Source: Planctomycetota bacterium | GTDB lineage: Bacteria > Planctomycetota > Planctomycetia > Pirellulales > Lacipirellulaceae | Assembly: GCA_013151315.1 (NCBI GenBank) | Contig: JAADIN010000265.1 | Span: forward strand, 1-60,359 | Reading direction: 5' to 3' | Length of the DNA: 60,359 nt | In this document: positions 1 to 8,497 of the stretch, in pieces | Position numbering within the stretch: position 1 is the stretch's first letter | Layout: each line of letters starts with the position of its first letter | The notes under the pieces: generated by a model | The model's input: only the letters and a program-made list of their open reading frames with translations | Database searches by the model: none | Told to the model about the DNA's origin: nothing | Made by a program: the position numbers and the translations under genes

Positions 1-4
1 CAAC

Positions 5-1152
5 TCACTGCCGATTAAACAGGGCTTGGCGGAGCTCTTCTTCGAACGAGGCGCTTTGTTCCAATACCGTTTGGAAGTTTTCCTTATCCAAGGCGTAGAA
101 AATAGATTCTTCCTTTGCGATCACGGTAGCATTTCGCGGCTCGTTGGTAATGAGAGCCGCTTCTCCAAAATATTGCCCTTCGACGAGCTCGGCAACTTTC
201 TTTTCTTGACGGCCATCGTCGATCCGCACGTCGACTGCGCCGGACCGTATGAGATAGAAGAGGTCGCCCGGATCGCCTTGGCGGATCATCGTATCTCCTG
301 GCTCGGCTTTGTGCACCATCATCTGGTCGGCGATCTGAGCGAGCGTATTGGGAGTTTGCTTGTCGAACAGCGGAATGTTTTTCAAGAAGTCGCAGATGAC
401 GGAAGCTTCTTGCACGACGACGTTCGATTTGATGCGTCCGTCGACCATATTCACGATGCGATCGGCAACGTCGAGAATGCGATTGTCGTGGGTGACCATG
501 ATGATCGTGCAGCCCTCGTCGCGGGCGAGCTCTTGGAAAAGGGTGACGACTTCTCGTCCTGATTTTTCGTCGAGTGCGGCAGTCGGTTCGTCGGCCAAGA
601 TGAGTTTGGGTTTGTGGACCAGTCCCCGTGCGATGGCGACTCGCTCTGTTTTTGGCCGCCGGAGAGCGACTTGGGCTTGTAGTGGATCCGATCGCCAAGC
701 CCGAGTCGGGTGAGGAGCGATTTGATTCGTCCCTCGGCGATCATCGGATCGAGCCCCGCGAGTTCGGCGGCCATGTTGACGTTCTGATAGGCGGTCAGCG
801 ATTCAAAAAGATTGTGAGCCTGGAAGATAAACCCGAGCTCGCGTCGGACGTTTACGATCAAGTCGCGATCGCAGCCCTGGAGCTGCTTACCTAGCACTTT
901 GAGGCTACCCTCCTGAGCCGTGCGGAGGGTGCCGATGAGCGTTAGCAGAGTAGTCTTTCCGGAGCCGGAGGGGCCCGTCATGATGACGATTTCGCCACGT
1001 CGGACTTCGAGATAGTTGTCGAAGAGCGCCTGTTTGCGCAGCTCGCCTTCGCCGAAAAAATGATTCAGGTTTTTGACCTGCACCGTGAGTGGCAGTTGGA
1101 GGTCGCCGACGAAGGCGCCGCTCGTAGCGGGAATGGTAGTCTGGTCGGTCAT
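5..1152 (-). pseudogene. devA: DevA-type ABC transporter ATP-binding subunit fused to a C-terminal cNMP-binding domain; frameshifted near 644-647
   Basis: ORF 451..1152 has Walker A GPSGSGKT and signature LSGGQKQ. ORF 5..598 continues with Walker B (L)ADEPT, H-loop VTHD and a cNMP domain (IRQGDPGD...YFGEAAL...PRNATV). Removing one duplicated AG on the minus strand (CAG-AG-CGA-GTC) restores [24 protein letters not shown]. Could be a sequencing or assembly error. Confidence 0.85.
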
Positions 1153-1164
1153 GATTTTTTTGAG

Positions 1165-1195
1165 TGCGGAATTCGGAATGCGGAATTCGGAATGC
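1165..1195. repeat. Heptameric short tandem repeat (GGAATGC/GGAATTC)n
   Basis: TGCGGAATTCGGAATGCGGAATTCGGAATGC between devC and devA; related copies at about 17365-17398 and 18163-18188. Confidence 0.8.
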
Positions 1196-1215
1196 CTAAC
1201 GACTAACGCCTTTAT

Positions 1216-2409
1216 TCAAAACAGGCTTGCGGGATCGGCGGCGAGGAGCTTTCTTACAGCCAGCAGCCCTGAGACGACACACATTCCTACGGTTGTTGCA
1301 AACACATAGGCGATGCCGCTTGGGGTCATTTGCATCAGTAAACCCGTTTGTCCTGCGAGCCACTCGTAAATCAGCAGGCTAGCCAAGGTGGCGGGTACAA
1401 ATCCGATGACCGAAAGCAACAAGGCTTGGACTACGATCAGACGAAAAAAGTAGGCCGTTTTGTAGCCCATCGCTTTGAGGGTGGCGAATTCGGGCATATG
1501 CTCGGCAATGTCAGAGTAAATTACTTGATAACAGATGACCATCCCCACCACAAAGCCAATGAGCTTGCCCGCCAAAAAGATTGTGCCAATCGGAGTGCTC
1601 TTGTCCCAGAATTTGATCTCGGCAGCGCGGAAGGCTTCCCGCGTCAGCACGAGGACATCATCCTCCAAGGTTTTTTGTAAAGTTTTTTGCACGTCCTCCG
1701 GAGAAAAGTTTTCTTGGACGTGGATGATTCCAATATCAACGACGCTCAAAGGATCACCAAATCGTTTGCGATGCGGGAAGAACTTGGCGAAATTAACGGA
1801 ACTCATCACAAGATTTCCGTCGTGAGCAAAGTCGGTTCCCAAATTAAAAGTTCCAACCAAGGTCAGCTTCTGGTTGGCAAGTTCCAGAGTATATTGGGCC
1901 AGTTCGGCATCGCTCGTTCTGGGGAAATTGAATTTTTTGGTTTTGCTTTTCTCGTCGATCAGTGCGGTGGAGGGCTGCCGTAGCCGGTTGAGATTTTTTT
2001 GGAGGTCTTGTGATTTGAAAATAGGATCGCTCAGTTGAAAGCCGAGGGAGCGCAATGGATATCCTCGATTGCCGTTTCCGTGTTCCATTTTCCTTAACAC
2101 CGAAGTGGTCAGCTCGGAGTAAAGTGGATAGGCACCGCTCACTCCTGAGCAAGAACTTGCTTGGTGGATGCGAGAGATCGAGAAACGTTTTTCCGCGGCC
2201 AAGGTGTACTTTGCCTTGCTTACCAGGAAGATATCGCCCTGCAGCTCGTCGATAATTTTGACTTGGCTATCGAAGAGCGCATTTTGAAAACCGACTTGAG
2301 TAAACATCAGCAAGACCGCGAACCCAATGCCCGCGATGGCCGCTGCTAAGCGACGCCAATCATGGGTCAAGTTCTTCCAAGCCAGCGGTGTTTTGCTTAA
2401 TCGAGGCAT
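1216..2409 (-). CDS. devC: DevC-family ABC transporter permease (FtsX/MacB-like), copy 2
   Basis: N-terminus TPLAWKNL...FAVLLMFTQVGF, FNLGTDFAHDGNL, EFATLKAMGY, C-terminus ADPASLF. Start placed at ATG 2409 because the longer ORF start runs through a palindromic repeat. Confidence 0.88.
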   Translation of the reverse strand: MPRLSKTPLAWKNLTHDWRRLAAAIAGIGFAVLLMFTQVGFQNALFDSQVKIIDELQGDIFLVSKAKYTLAAEKRFSISRIHQASSCSGVSGAYPLYSELTTSVLRKMEHGNGNRGYPLRSLGFQLSDPIFKSQDLQKNLNRLRQPSTALIDEKSKTKKFNFPRTSDAELAQYTLELANQKLTLVGTFNLGTDFAHDGNLVMSSVNFAKFFPHRKRFGDPLSVVDIGIIHVQENFSPEDVQKTLQKTLEDDVLVLTREAFRAAEIKFWDKSTPIGTIFLAGKLIGFVVGMVICYQVIYSDIAEHMPEFATLKAMGYKTAYFFRLIVVQALLLSVIGFVPATLASLLIYEWLAGQTGLLMQMTPSGIAYVFATTVGMCVVSGLLAVRKLLAADPASLF

Positions 2410-2447
2410 CTGGTTGGGCAGACGTAATAAAAAGTAAAAGGGGGGGA

Positions 2448-2589
2448 ACCACGGAGGCACGGAGGGCACAGAGTTGGATTTTTGAACACTAATCGACACT
2501 AATCTTCGCTAATTTGATTAGTGTCGATTAGCGAAAATTCGTGTTCCTCTTTTTTTCTTGCGTCTCGGTGTCCTCCGTGTCTCTGTGGT
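2448..2589. repeat. Nested intergenic palindromic element (outer ACCACRGAGRCACGGAGG arms; inner ACACTAATCG-periodic arms)
   Basis: 2448-2473 ACCACGGAGGCACGGAGGGCACAGAG is the near reverse complement of 2564-2589. Inside, about 2484-2546 is a second imperfect inverted repeat built of 10-bp units. Confidence 0.8.
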
Positions 2590-2611
2590 GAATCTTTTTT
2601 TATTTGACTAG

Positions 2612-3877
2612 CTAAAACAAATCGGCGGGGTCGGCTTGGTAGAGTTTTCTTAACGCTCCCATGCCCGAGACGACGCACATCGCGATTGCCAATACGAACA
2701 CGATGAACATAATTTTTGGGGTCATGAACATCGGCATCCCCGAGGCGGCCTCGACCACTTCGTAGAGAAGGGCGGAAATTAGCAGCGAGGGGACGTAGCC
2801 TACCAAGGCCAAGAGTACCGACTGTTGAAGGACCACGCCTGTGAGGTATCGATTGTTGTAACCCATCGCTTTGAGGGTGGCATACTCTCCCATCATGTTG
2901 GCGATGTCGCTAGAGAGAACTTGGTAGACGATCGCGATGCCGACAAACAGGGCCACCCAGACGCCGAGCGAGAAGATTTGTCCCAAGGGCGTGTCGACCA
3001 CCCAACGGTATTCTTCGTGAGCGTTCACTTCGGCACGGGTGAGAATTTCGACATCGACATTGGTTAGCGTCGCTGCCTCGAAATTTCTGAAAGACTCGGC
3101 GCTCGTGACCCTCTCGGGGATGCCATACATCTTTTGCAGTTGGCGTTTGACCTGAGTCGCCGTGCTTGGGTCGTGAAGTTTGATCAACCCGAAGTTGATT
3201 TGGTCGATGGTTTGCCAGGGGCAGGCGCGGATGTAGCCTTCGGGGTTGGTCAGACAGGCTCCGTTGGAGGCCATGCCGGTTCCGAGCCGGAATAGCCCCA
3301 CGATGCGCACCCGTTGGGGTCCGAGGGCCGTTTCGACGCCCAGATCGGCTTCGCTAAATTCGCCTCCGGTTGCCGGGCCATATTCGGGCTTCGATTCGGA
3401 ATCGATCAAGACAAACCGCGGATCGGAGAGGAGTTTTGCCTTTTGGCAGATGTCTTTGCGTAGAAATACCGGATCGTGGGGATCGGTGCCCATGGTGATA
3501 ATGCTGCGCCATTGGCCAGCCGGATCGTCAGGATCGATCGTCGCGGAATTGATGTCGGCCAGATGCGAAACGGGGGCCTGCCATTCACTGAGGCCAAGAT
3601 AGAAGGGTCGAGCATTGGCGACTTCTGATAAGGATGCCGCTTGAAAGACTCGGCTGCGAGGAAAGGCTCGCGGTTCGGTAAGATGCAGGTAGGCGGGCGA
3701 CCGTAGCATCAAATCGAATTCGAGGGCATCGTAGATTTGCGTCGCCGTTTTTTTGATGGCTCCCTTGAACCCAATTTGCATGAAAATAAGAATCACGGCA
3801 AAACCAACTCCCGCCACGCCGATGGCCGTGCGAGTTTTGTTATGCTTGATGTTCTTCCATGCCAGCGGAGTTTTCAT
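2612..3877 (-). CDS. devC: DevC-family ABC transporter permease, copy 1
   Basis: MKTPLAWKN...FAVILIFMQIGF, LFRLGTGMASNG, EYATLKAMGY, QADPADLF; clear paralog of 1216..2409. Confidence 0.88.
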   Translation of the reverse strand: MKTPLAWKNIKHNKTRTAIGVAGVGFAVILIFMQIGFKGAIKKTATQIYDALEFDLMLRSPAYLHLTEPRAFPRSRVFQAASLSEVANARPFYLGLSEWQAPVSHLADINSATIDPDDPAGQWRSIITMGTDPHDPVFLRKDICQKAKLLSDPRFVLIDSESKPEYGPATGGEFSEADLGVETALGPQRVRIVGLFRLGTGMASNGACLTNPEGYIRACPWQTIDQINFGLIKLHDPSTATQVKRQLQKMYGIPERVTSAESFRNFEAATLTNVDVEILTRAEVNAHEEYRWVVDTPLGQIFSLGVWVALFVGIAIVYQVLSSDIANMMGEYATLKAMGYNNRYLTGVVLQQSVLLALVGYVPSLLISALLYEVVEAASGMPMFMTPKIMFIVFVLAIAMCVVSGMGALRKLYQADPADLF

Positions 3878-3933
3878 GGCTTTAGGCTTTAGAAAAGAAA
3901 GACCAGCCGTGCTGCCATGCAGCACATGGCGGT

Positions 3934-5247
3934 TCAGGCATCAGGCTTTCCGCTCTTGGCTTTGTCAAACTCGACCGTCACCTGAAGACCCACATGTCTT
4001 GAGGCATGTAGGACGGCAGTTTCGGGTTCTCGGTCGATTTCGATTCGCACTTCGACGATGCTCCGGTCAGCTGGTGCAAGGGGATTTCGATTGGAGAGTC
4101 CAGGCGACACGATCATGCGCCCGATCCGAACCACATGTCCGCGGAGACCGCCCGATCTTTCTTTGCCAGGTCCTTTTTTTGATGGCGGGTCGAGGGGGCC
4201 ATCGGCGAAAGGTCCCGAAAAGGCGGGACTTCTTACCGTGACCGTTTGGCCTACCCAAAGTTCCTGCACGTCGGATTCGTGGACTTCGGCAATGCAGACC
4301 ATTTTTCGTAAATCGCCCAACTGCAGAATGGGGCCTTGCGTTACCACTTCTCCGAGACGCAAGTGGACCTTCAAAACTGTGTACTGCGGTTTTTCATGGG
4401 GCTCTTGAGTTGCCTGCAGATCGTCGTTTGCATCGACCAAGAGAAGCTTTCGCATCGCGATGGGCGACTCGTGGGGAGCCACGAGTATCGACCGTTTCAG
4501 AACTTCTCGGGCGACTTCGATTTCCTGGTCGACGACGAGCTTCTCGAAGTTCTTGGCGGCTTGTTGCTTCGTTATTTTAGCGACGGATACATTGGCCTCG
4601 GCTGCCGAGACGGCCAGTTTGGTAGCCGTTGTGGCCGAGGCATGCGTCTCGCGAGCAATCTGGTAGTCGGCACTTGCCAAGTCCATCCGATTCTTCTGTT
4701 TGTCGAGCTGGTGTCCGGTGACCAGTTCAGGATCGGCTGCCCGCAGTTGCTCGAGTCGAAAATATTCCCCCTCCGCCAAGCCGCGGGCAACTCGCAGGGC
4801 TTCCAATTTGCCTTGTTGCAATGTGAGTTCGGTGAGCTTGACTTGCGTCTGCGCTTGGGATGCAATCGCTTGAGCGAATTGGGCTTCGGCAAGTTGAATT
4901 TGTTGGACGTGCTTCTGGAGGACAAGCTCTCTTTTCTTTAGCAGAGCGGTCAGTTGGGCTCTGCCCATGTCGTAGCTCGACAGAAGTCCAAGCACTCCGT
5001 CTTCCGGAGCGATTTTATCCTCAACGACGTTAATGAACTTCTTAAGGCGATCTCCGGGGGTCGCTCGGATATCGATTACGCCGGTCGCCGGCTCTAATTG
5101 GCCTAAAGCGTAGATCGTACGTGGTTGCTCTTTTGCCGAGTCGACCTCTTCTGCAGAAGAAAGCCACTCGCAACCTGGCAAGGCAGCAAACAGAGCGGTG
5201 GCAAGGGCCAGCACACCAAACCGTTGGGGGATATTGGGAGAACGCAT
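3934..5247 (-). CDS. devB: DevB/HlyD-family membrane fusion (periplasmic adaptor) protein, probable lipoprotein
   Basis: Signal peptide ending ALPGC, ALGQLEP motif, coiled-coil core, AEVHESDV..L.VGQ.V and DRSIVEVRI; first gene of the devC-devC-devA operon. Confidence 0.8.
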   Translation of the reverse strand: MRSPNIPQRFGVLALATALFAALPGCEWLSSAEEVDSAKEQPRTIYALGQLEPATGVIDIRATPGDRLKKFINVVEDKIAPEDGVLGLLSSYDMGRAQLTALLKKRELVLQKHVQQIQLAEAQFAQAIASQAQTQVKLTELTLQQGKLEALRVARGLAEGEYFRLEQLRAADPELVTGHQLDKQKNRMDLASADYQIARETHASATTATKLAVSAAEANVSVAKITKQQAAKNFEKLVVDQEIEVAREVLKRSILVAPHESPIAMRKLLLVDANDDLQATQEPHEKPQYTVLKVHLRLGEVVTQGPILQLGDLRKMVCIAEVHESDVQELWVGQTVTVRSPAFSGPFADGPLDPPSKKGPGKERSGGLRGHVVRIGRMIVSPGLSNRNPLAPADRSIVEVRIEIDREPETAVLHASRHVGLQVTVEFDKAKSGKPDA

Positions 5248-5459
5248 GAAAAAGTGTGGGTTTAGGTAGAGTTTGCCATACTAGACAAAATGGAGGGACT
5301 AGCAAATGTACAATATATAGCGAGGTGGGTGGAAAAAAAGTGATAAAGTACTAGGATGGCCCTAATCCCTATAGGTGTCAAGAAAATGCCTAAGCGGTGC
5401 TGGGTCTCTCGTGAAACCCACAAGAGGCCGAGGGAATCATCTGGCTGGGAGATAGTATT

Positions 5460-5759
5460 ATGCGTCGTCTGATGACCTTTTTTCTCGGAATGGTTACCGG
5501 GGGGGCCTTGCTCTTTGGGGCGATGAACTATCACCTGATTCGGGCCCACGATGGGGTCCATTTTATCCCCAAGGTTGCCCCGAAACTGAGGGCCGCTTAT
5601 GTCGATATTCGCGGTTTTACCGTCGCCGATTGGGCGCAGCACTCTGATATTACCGCAGCACTGATTCGTGCCGAGAAGGGCGACTTGATGAAAAGTGCTA
5701 CATCGGAGGCGCTGCAGGGGAAAATAGACCAGTTGTTGAACCGGAATGAGCGAAAGTAG
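5460..5759 (+). CDS. Small hypothetical protein with N-terminal membrane anchor
   Basis: ATG preceded by GGGAG, N-terminal hydrophobic helix, divergent from devB. Confidence 0.7.
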   Translation: MRRLMTFFLGMVTGGALLFGAMNYHLIRAHDGVHFIPKVAPKLRAAYVDIRGFTVADWAQHSDITAALIRAEKGDLMKSATSEALQGKIDQLLNRNERK

Positions 5760-5983
5760 GGGTGCTCGGCGACCGCCCCTTATCCCTCAAAATAGAGTCA
5801 GCCGATACGGTCGTTGCGTGCGCTGACAGTCTTACGACCGACACGACTGCAAAAGGCAACGAGGACGTGAAGTCGATCTCTCGGCTGTTACGATACTGGA
5901 CGTAGACCTTAATGACGTATCCGCGCGATCGATGGGGAGAATCGATCGTGGAGCCTATGTAGCCCGGTAACGGGAGTGATGAC

Positions 5984-6271
5984 ATGGAAATGAATCGCAA
6001 CCAGTATTTTTTCTTGGGTATCGTGCTCTTGCTCTTGGGTTTGCAGTTTCGCATGGTCAGTTCGTATATTTTGACCGACGAAGCAACTCGATTTCTCGCA
6101 GAACGTACGAGTTCGTCGAGTGCCCAGACCGCGATGGTCGATTTGGCAAACAACCTCGGCGAGACCTCTCACAAGGTGATCTACCCGCCAGATTGGCTTG
6201 GTTGGTGCCTTATCTCGGTGGGCTCGGTGTTGATACTCCATAGTTTTGCCATGAAGGGGCCGGGGTCTTAG
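5984..6271 (+). CDS. Small two-TM hypothetical membrane protein
   Basis: Two hydrophobic segments; GGGAG upstream; co-oriented with its neighbours. Confidence 0.7.
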   Translation: MEMNRNQYFFLGIVLLLLGLQFRMVSSYILTDEATRFLAERTSSSSAQTAMVDLANNLGETSHKVIYPPDWLGWCLISVGSVLILHSFAMKGPGS

Positions 6272-6300
6272 CGCCTACCGAAACGCTGGGAGTTGCTTTT

Positions 6301-6348
6301 AACCCACCGAAACGGTGGGGCTATATAGACCCACCGTTTCGGTGGGTT
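6301..6348. repeat. REP-like doublet: two inverted copies of the palindrome CCCACCG-AAA-CGGTGGG
   Basis: AACCCACCGAAACGGTGGG (6301-6319) and its perfect reverse complement (6330-6348); degenerate third copy at about 6274-6290. Confidence 0.8.
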
Positions 6349-6374
6349 GTCAGGAAAATGAAAGGAACGGGGCG

Positions 6375-6779
6375 ATGTCGTCTGCTGTTTATCGCTTGGC
6401 TATTGGTGTCGTCGTGGTTTTTGTGTTTTCCGCAGTTGCGAGCTATCGCGTAACCAATGCCGCATCGGGCACTTCTTCTGACGTTAGCAAACGCCGCATA
6501 CGGGAAGGGACTACCATTCACGACCGAGTTGGCTATTTCCGTCAAGATGGCGACGGAGCGACGTTCGTCACGGAAGGGGGATTGGAATTCGGCGGCTTGC
6601 CAAACCTGAATCTCGAGCGGGTTGTGCGTACGCTAAAAACCCTCGACGAATCGAAGAGCAATCGGTGGAGCGTGAGTGGGGTGGTCACCGAGTTCTCAGG
6701 GCGAAATTTCTTGCTGATTAGCCGCGCCGTCTACAAGTCGACACCGCCGCCAGCAGTTCCCGAATCGCTCTCCAACTGA
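6375..6779 (+). CDS. Hypothetical exported protein (possible OB-fold-like)
   Basis: Signal-like N-terminus from ATG 6375; beta-rich C-terminus WSVSGVVTEFSGRNFLLI. Confidence 0.65.
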   Translation: MSSAVYRLAIGVVVVFVFSAVASYRVTNAASGTSSDVSKRRIREGTTIHDRVGYFRQDGDGATFVTEGGLEFGGLPNLNLERVVRTLKTLDESKSNRWSVSGVVTEFSGRNFLLISRAVYKSTPPPAVPESLSN

Positions 6780-6808
6780 CGGGCCCGAATCGCTCTCCAA
6801 CTGACGGG
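6759..6808. repeat. Perfect 25-bp tandem duplication spanning a stop codon
   Basis: CCCGAATCGCTCTCCAACTGACGGG occurs at 6759-6783 and 6784-6808. Confidence 0.9.
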
Positions 6809-6887
6809 ATCGTTCGAGGGGTTCGGTGGCAGGACGATTGCAAAGTCATGCGAGTACGTCTTCAAGTCTAAAAGTTGGATTACTAAT

Positions 6888-6992
6888 GTGATCCGCAACG
6901 CGATAGCGTCGGGCAGCAGAGGCAAATCGCTACCCAGCTGCTACCCAGCTGCTACCCAGCTGCTGGCCCGCGGCTAGCGCCGTGCGACTCAC
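6888..6992. repeat. GTGAG...CTCAC palindromic element (REPIN/MITE-like), degenerate copy with an internal 11-bp x3 tandem repeat
   Basis: Left arm GTGATCCGCAACGCGATAGCGTCGGG, right arm CCCGCGGCTAGCGCCGTGCGACTCAC; spacer contains (GCTACCCAGCT)3 at 6929-6961. Confidence 0.8.
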
Positions 6993-7135
6993 TCACACTT
7001 TGCAATCGTCCTGGTTCGGTGCCCGACAGCTTGACACCGAGTGGCACCTCGATATGATCAGATAGGAGGAGCCATCTGCCTATTTTCCTAGGCAGCCTGT
7101 TTGAAAGTCGTAGTTTGTAGAAGGGTAAAAACAGC

Positions 7136-7489
7136 ATGGGTGCAGTGCGACGTATCGATGTCAGCGTTTCGGCCAACGTGAGCGTGGTTCGATTCAAAGA
7201 CCAAAAGATTATCGATCCCGAAGCCATTCAGGAATTGGGACAGGAACTTTTTGATCTCGTCGAAAAGGAAGATCGCAAAAAGTTGGTGTTAAACTTTTCG
7301 AACGTGGAGTTTCTTTCCAGCGCTGCCTTGGGAAAGCTTATTACGTTTGAGAAGAAGTCGAAGCGGCATGATGCCGAGTTGATACTCACGAATATATCGC
7401 CTGAGATTTTCCAGGTGTTTGCGATTACCAATCTGGACAAACTCTTCCAAATCAAAGACAGCGAAGCCGATGCGTTGGCTGTTCTGTAG
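7136..7489 (+). CDS. STAS-domain anti-sigma factor antagonist (RsbV/SpoIIAA-like)
   Basis: LVLNFSNVEFLSSAALGKL motif with the phosphoacceptor Ser; VFAITNLDKLF. Confidence 0.92.
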   Translation: MGAVRRIDVSVSANVSVVRFKDQKIIDPEAIQELGQELFDLVEKEDRKKLVLNFSNVEFLSSAALGKLITFEKKSKRHDAELILTNISPEIFQVFAITNLDKLFQIKDSEADALAVL

Positions 7490-7537
7490 ATAAGCAGCTC
7501 TGTCGTAAACAACTCTGCCTCTTAGCTGAGCCGTGGA

Positions 7538-7969
7538 ATGTCTTCCAATACTGCACCACGCGTTATTCAATGCGCCTTGCCAAGCTCGCTCACGGCTTAT
7601 CACGATTTTGTTCAGCAAGTTCTTGAGTCGCTCGAAGAGCTGAAGTGGCAAGCGGCCGACCTGTTTGGCGTCCACATGGCGCTTGAAGAATCGATCAGCA
7701 ACGCCATTCGCCACGGCAATAAGGAAGACCCTGCGAAAAGGGTCCACGTTGAGTGCCAAGTGAGCGCGGAACGGTTTTGGGCCAAGATATGTGATGAAGG
7801 CGAAGGGTACGACCCGAGTGCAGTCCCCGATTGTCGCTGTCCGGAGAATCTGGAGGTGCCAGGAGGGCGAGGCTTGGCTCTTATTTGTGCCTACATGACG
7901 TCGGTTCAGCACAGCGAATGCGGCAAATGTTTGACGATGGAAAAGACTCTCCAATCGGCAACGGGGTAG
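7538..7969 (+). CDS. Anti-sigma factor Ser/Thr kinase (RsbW-like HATPase_c)
   Basis: EESISNAIRHGN (N box), DEGEGYD (G1 box), GGRGLALI (G2 box). Confidence 0.92.
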   Translation: MSSNTAPRVIQCALPSSLTAYHDFVQQVLESLEELKWQAADLFGVHMALEESISNAIRHGNKEDPAKRVHVECQVSAERFWAKICDEGEGYDPSAVPDCRCPENLEVPGGRGLALICAYMTSVQHSECGKCLTMEKTLQSATG

Positions 7970-8497
7970 GCACCTTGGTAGGTAGCATGCATTCCAGAAG
8001 GCGTGCCGATGCTGGGGCTAGCTGAGGTGGCGGTGCTGCTTTCTTGGTCCCCTTTTTGCCCGCTCGTTGGCGGCACTTTCTAGCGTTTTGGCTATCAGAC
8101 GCAGAACCGCATCCCTCAGGGCAAACTCCGTTTTGCTGAGAAAAATCCCCCGTCGCACGGTTGGCCAAGGGGTGAGGGAAAAGAAAAACTGGCCGATGCT
8201 AGCAAAAGCTGGCGAAAATTCCCACCTACATTGGTGACACCTCCTCAATCGGCGAATCGGCGCTCTCAGCACGACTGCACTTGACGCTTCTCGGCACGGA
8301 TCGTATTTAACCCCCTCTCGCTACCCGAACTGATCGGGCTGGAATGCGAAGCGCGTGTATAAAAAATGTTTATTTTCAGTGCGGATCAGCCGTACTTGCG
8401 GAAATATTCGGCCACACAGCGAAAAGCTGGGCTTGGCTGGTGACAATGGTTTGCGAGACTTTGCCGTGGATTTGGCAACGTTTCAAAAAGGAGATTC

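Noticed and set aside
640-660. Programmed frameshift in devA
   Set aside because: The break is inside the essential ABC signature-to-Walker B segment and is explained by a simple dinucleotide duplication.
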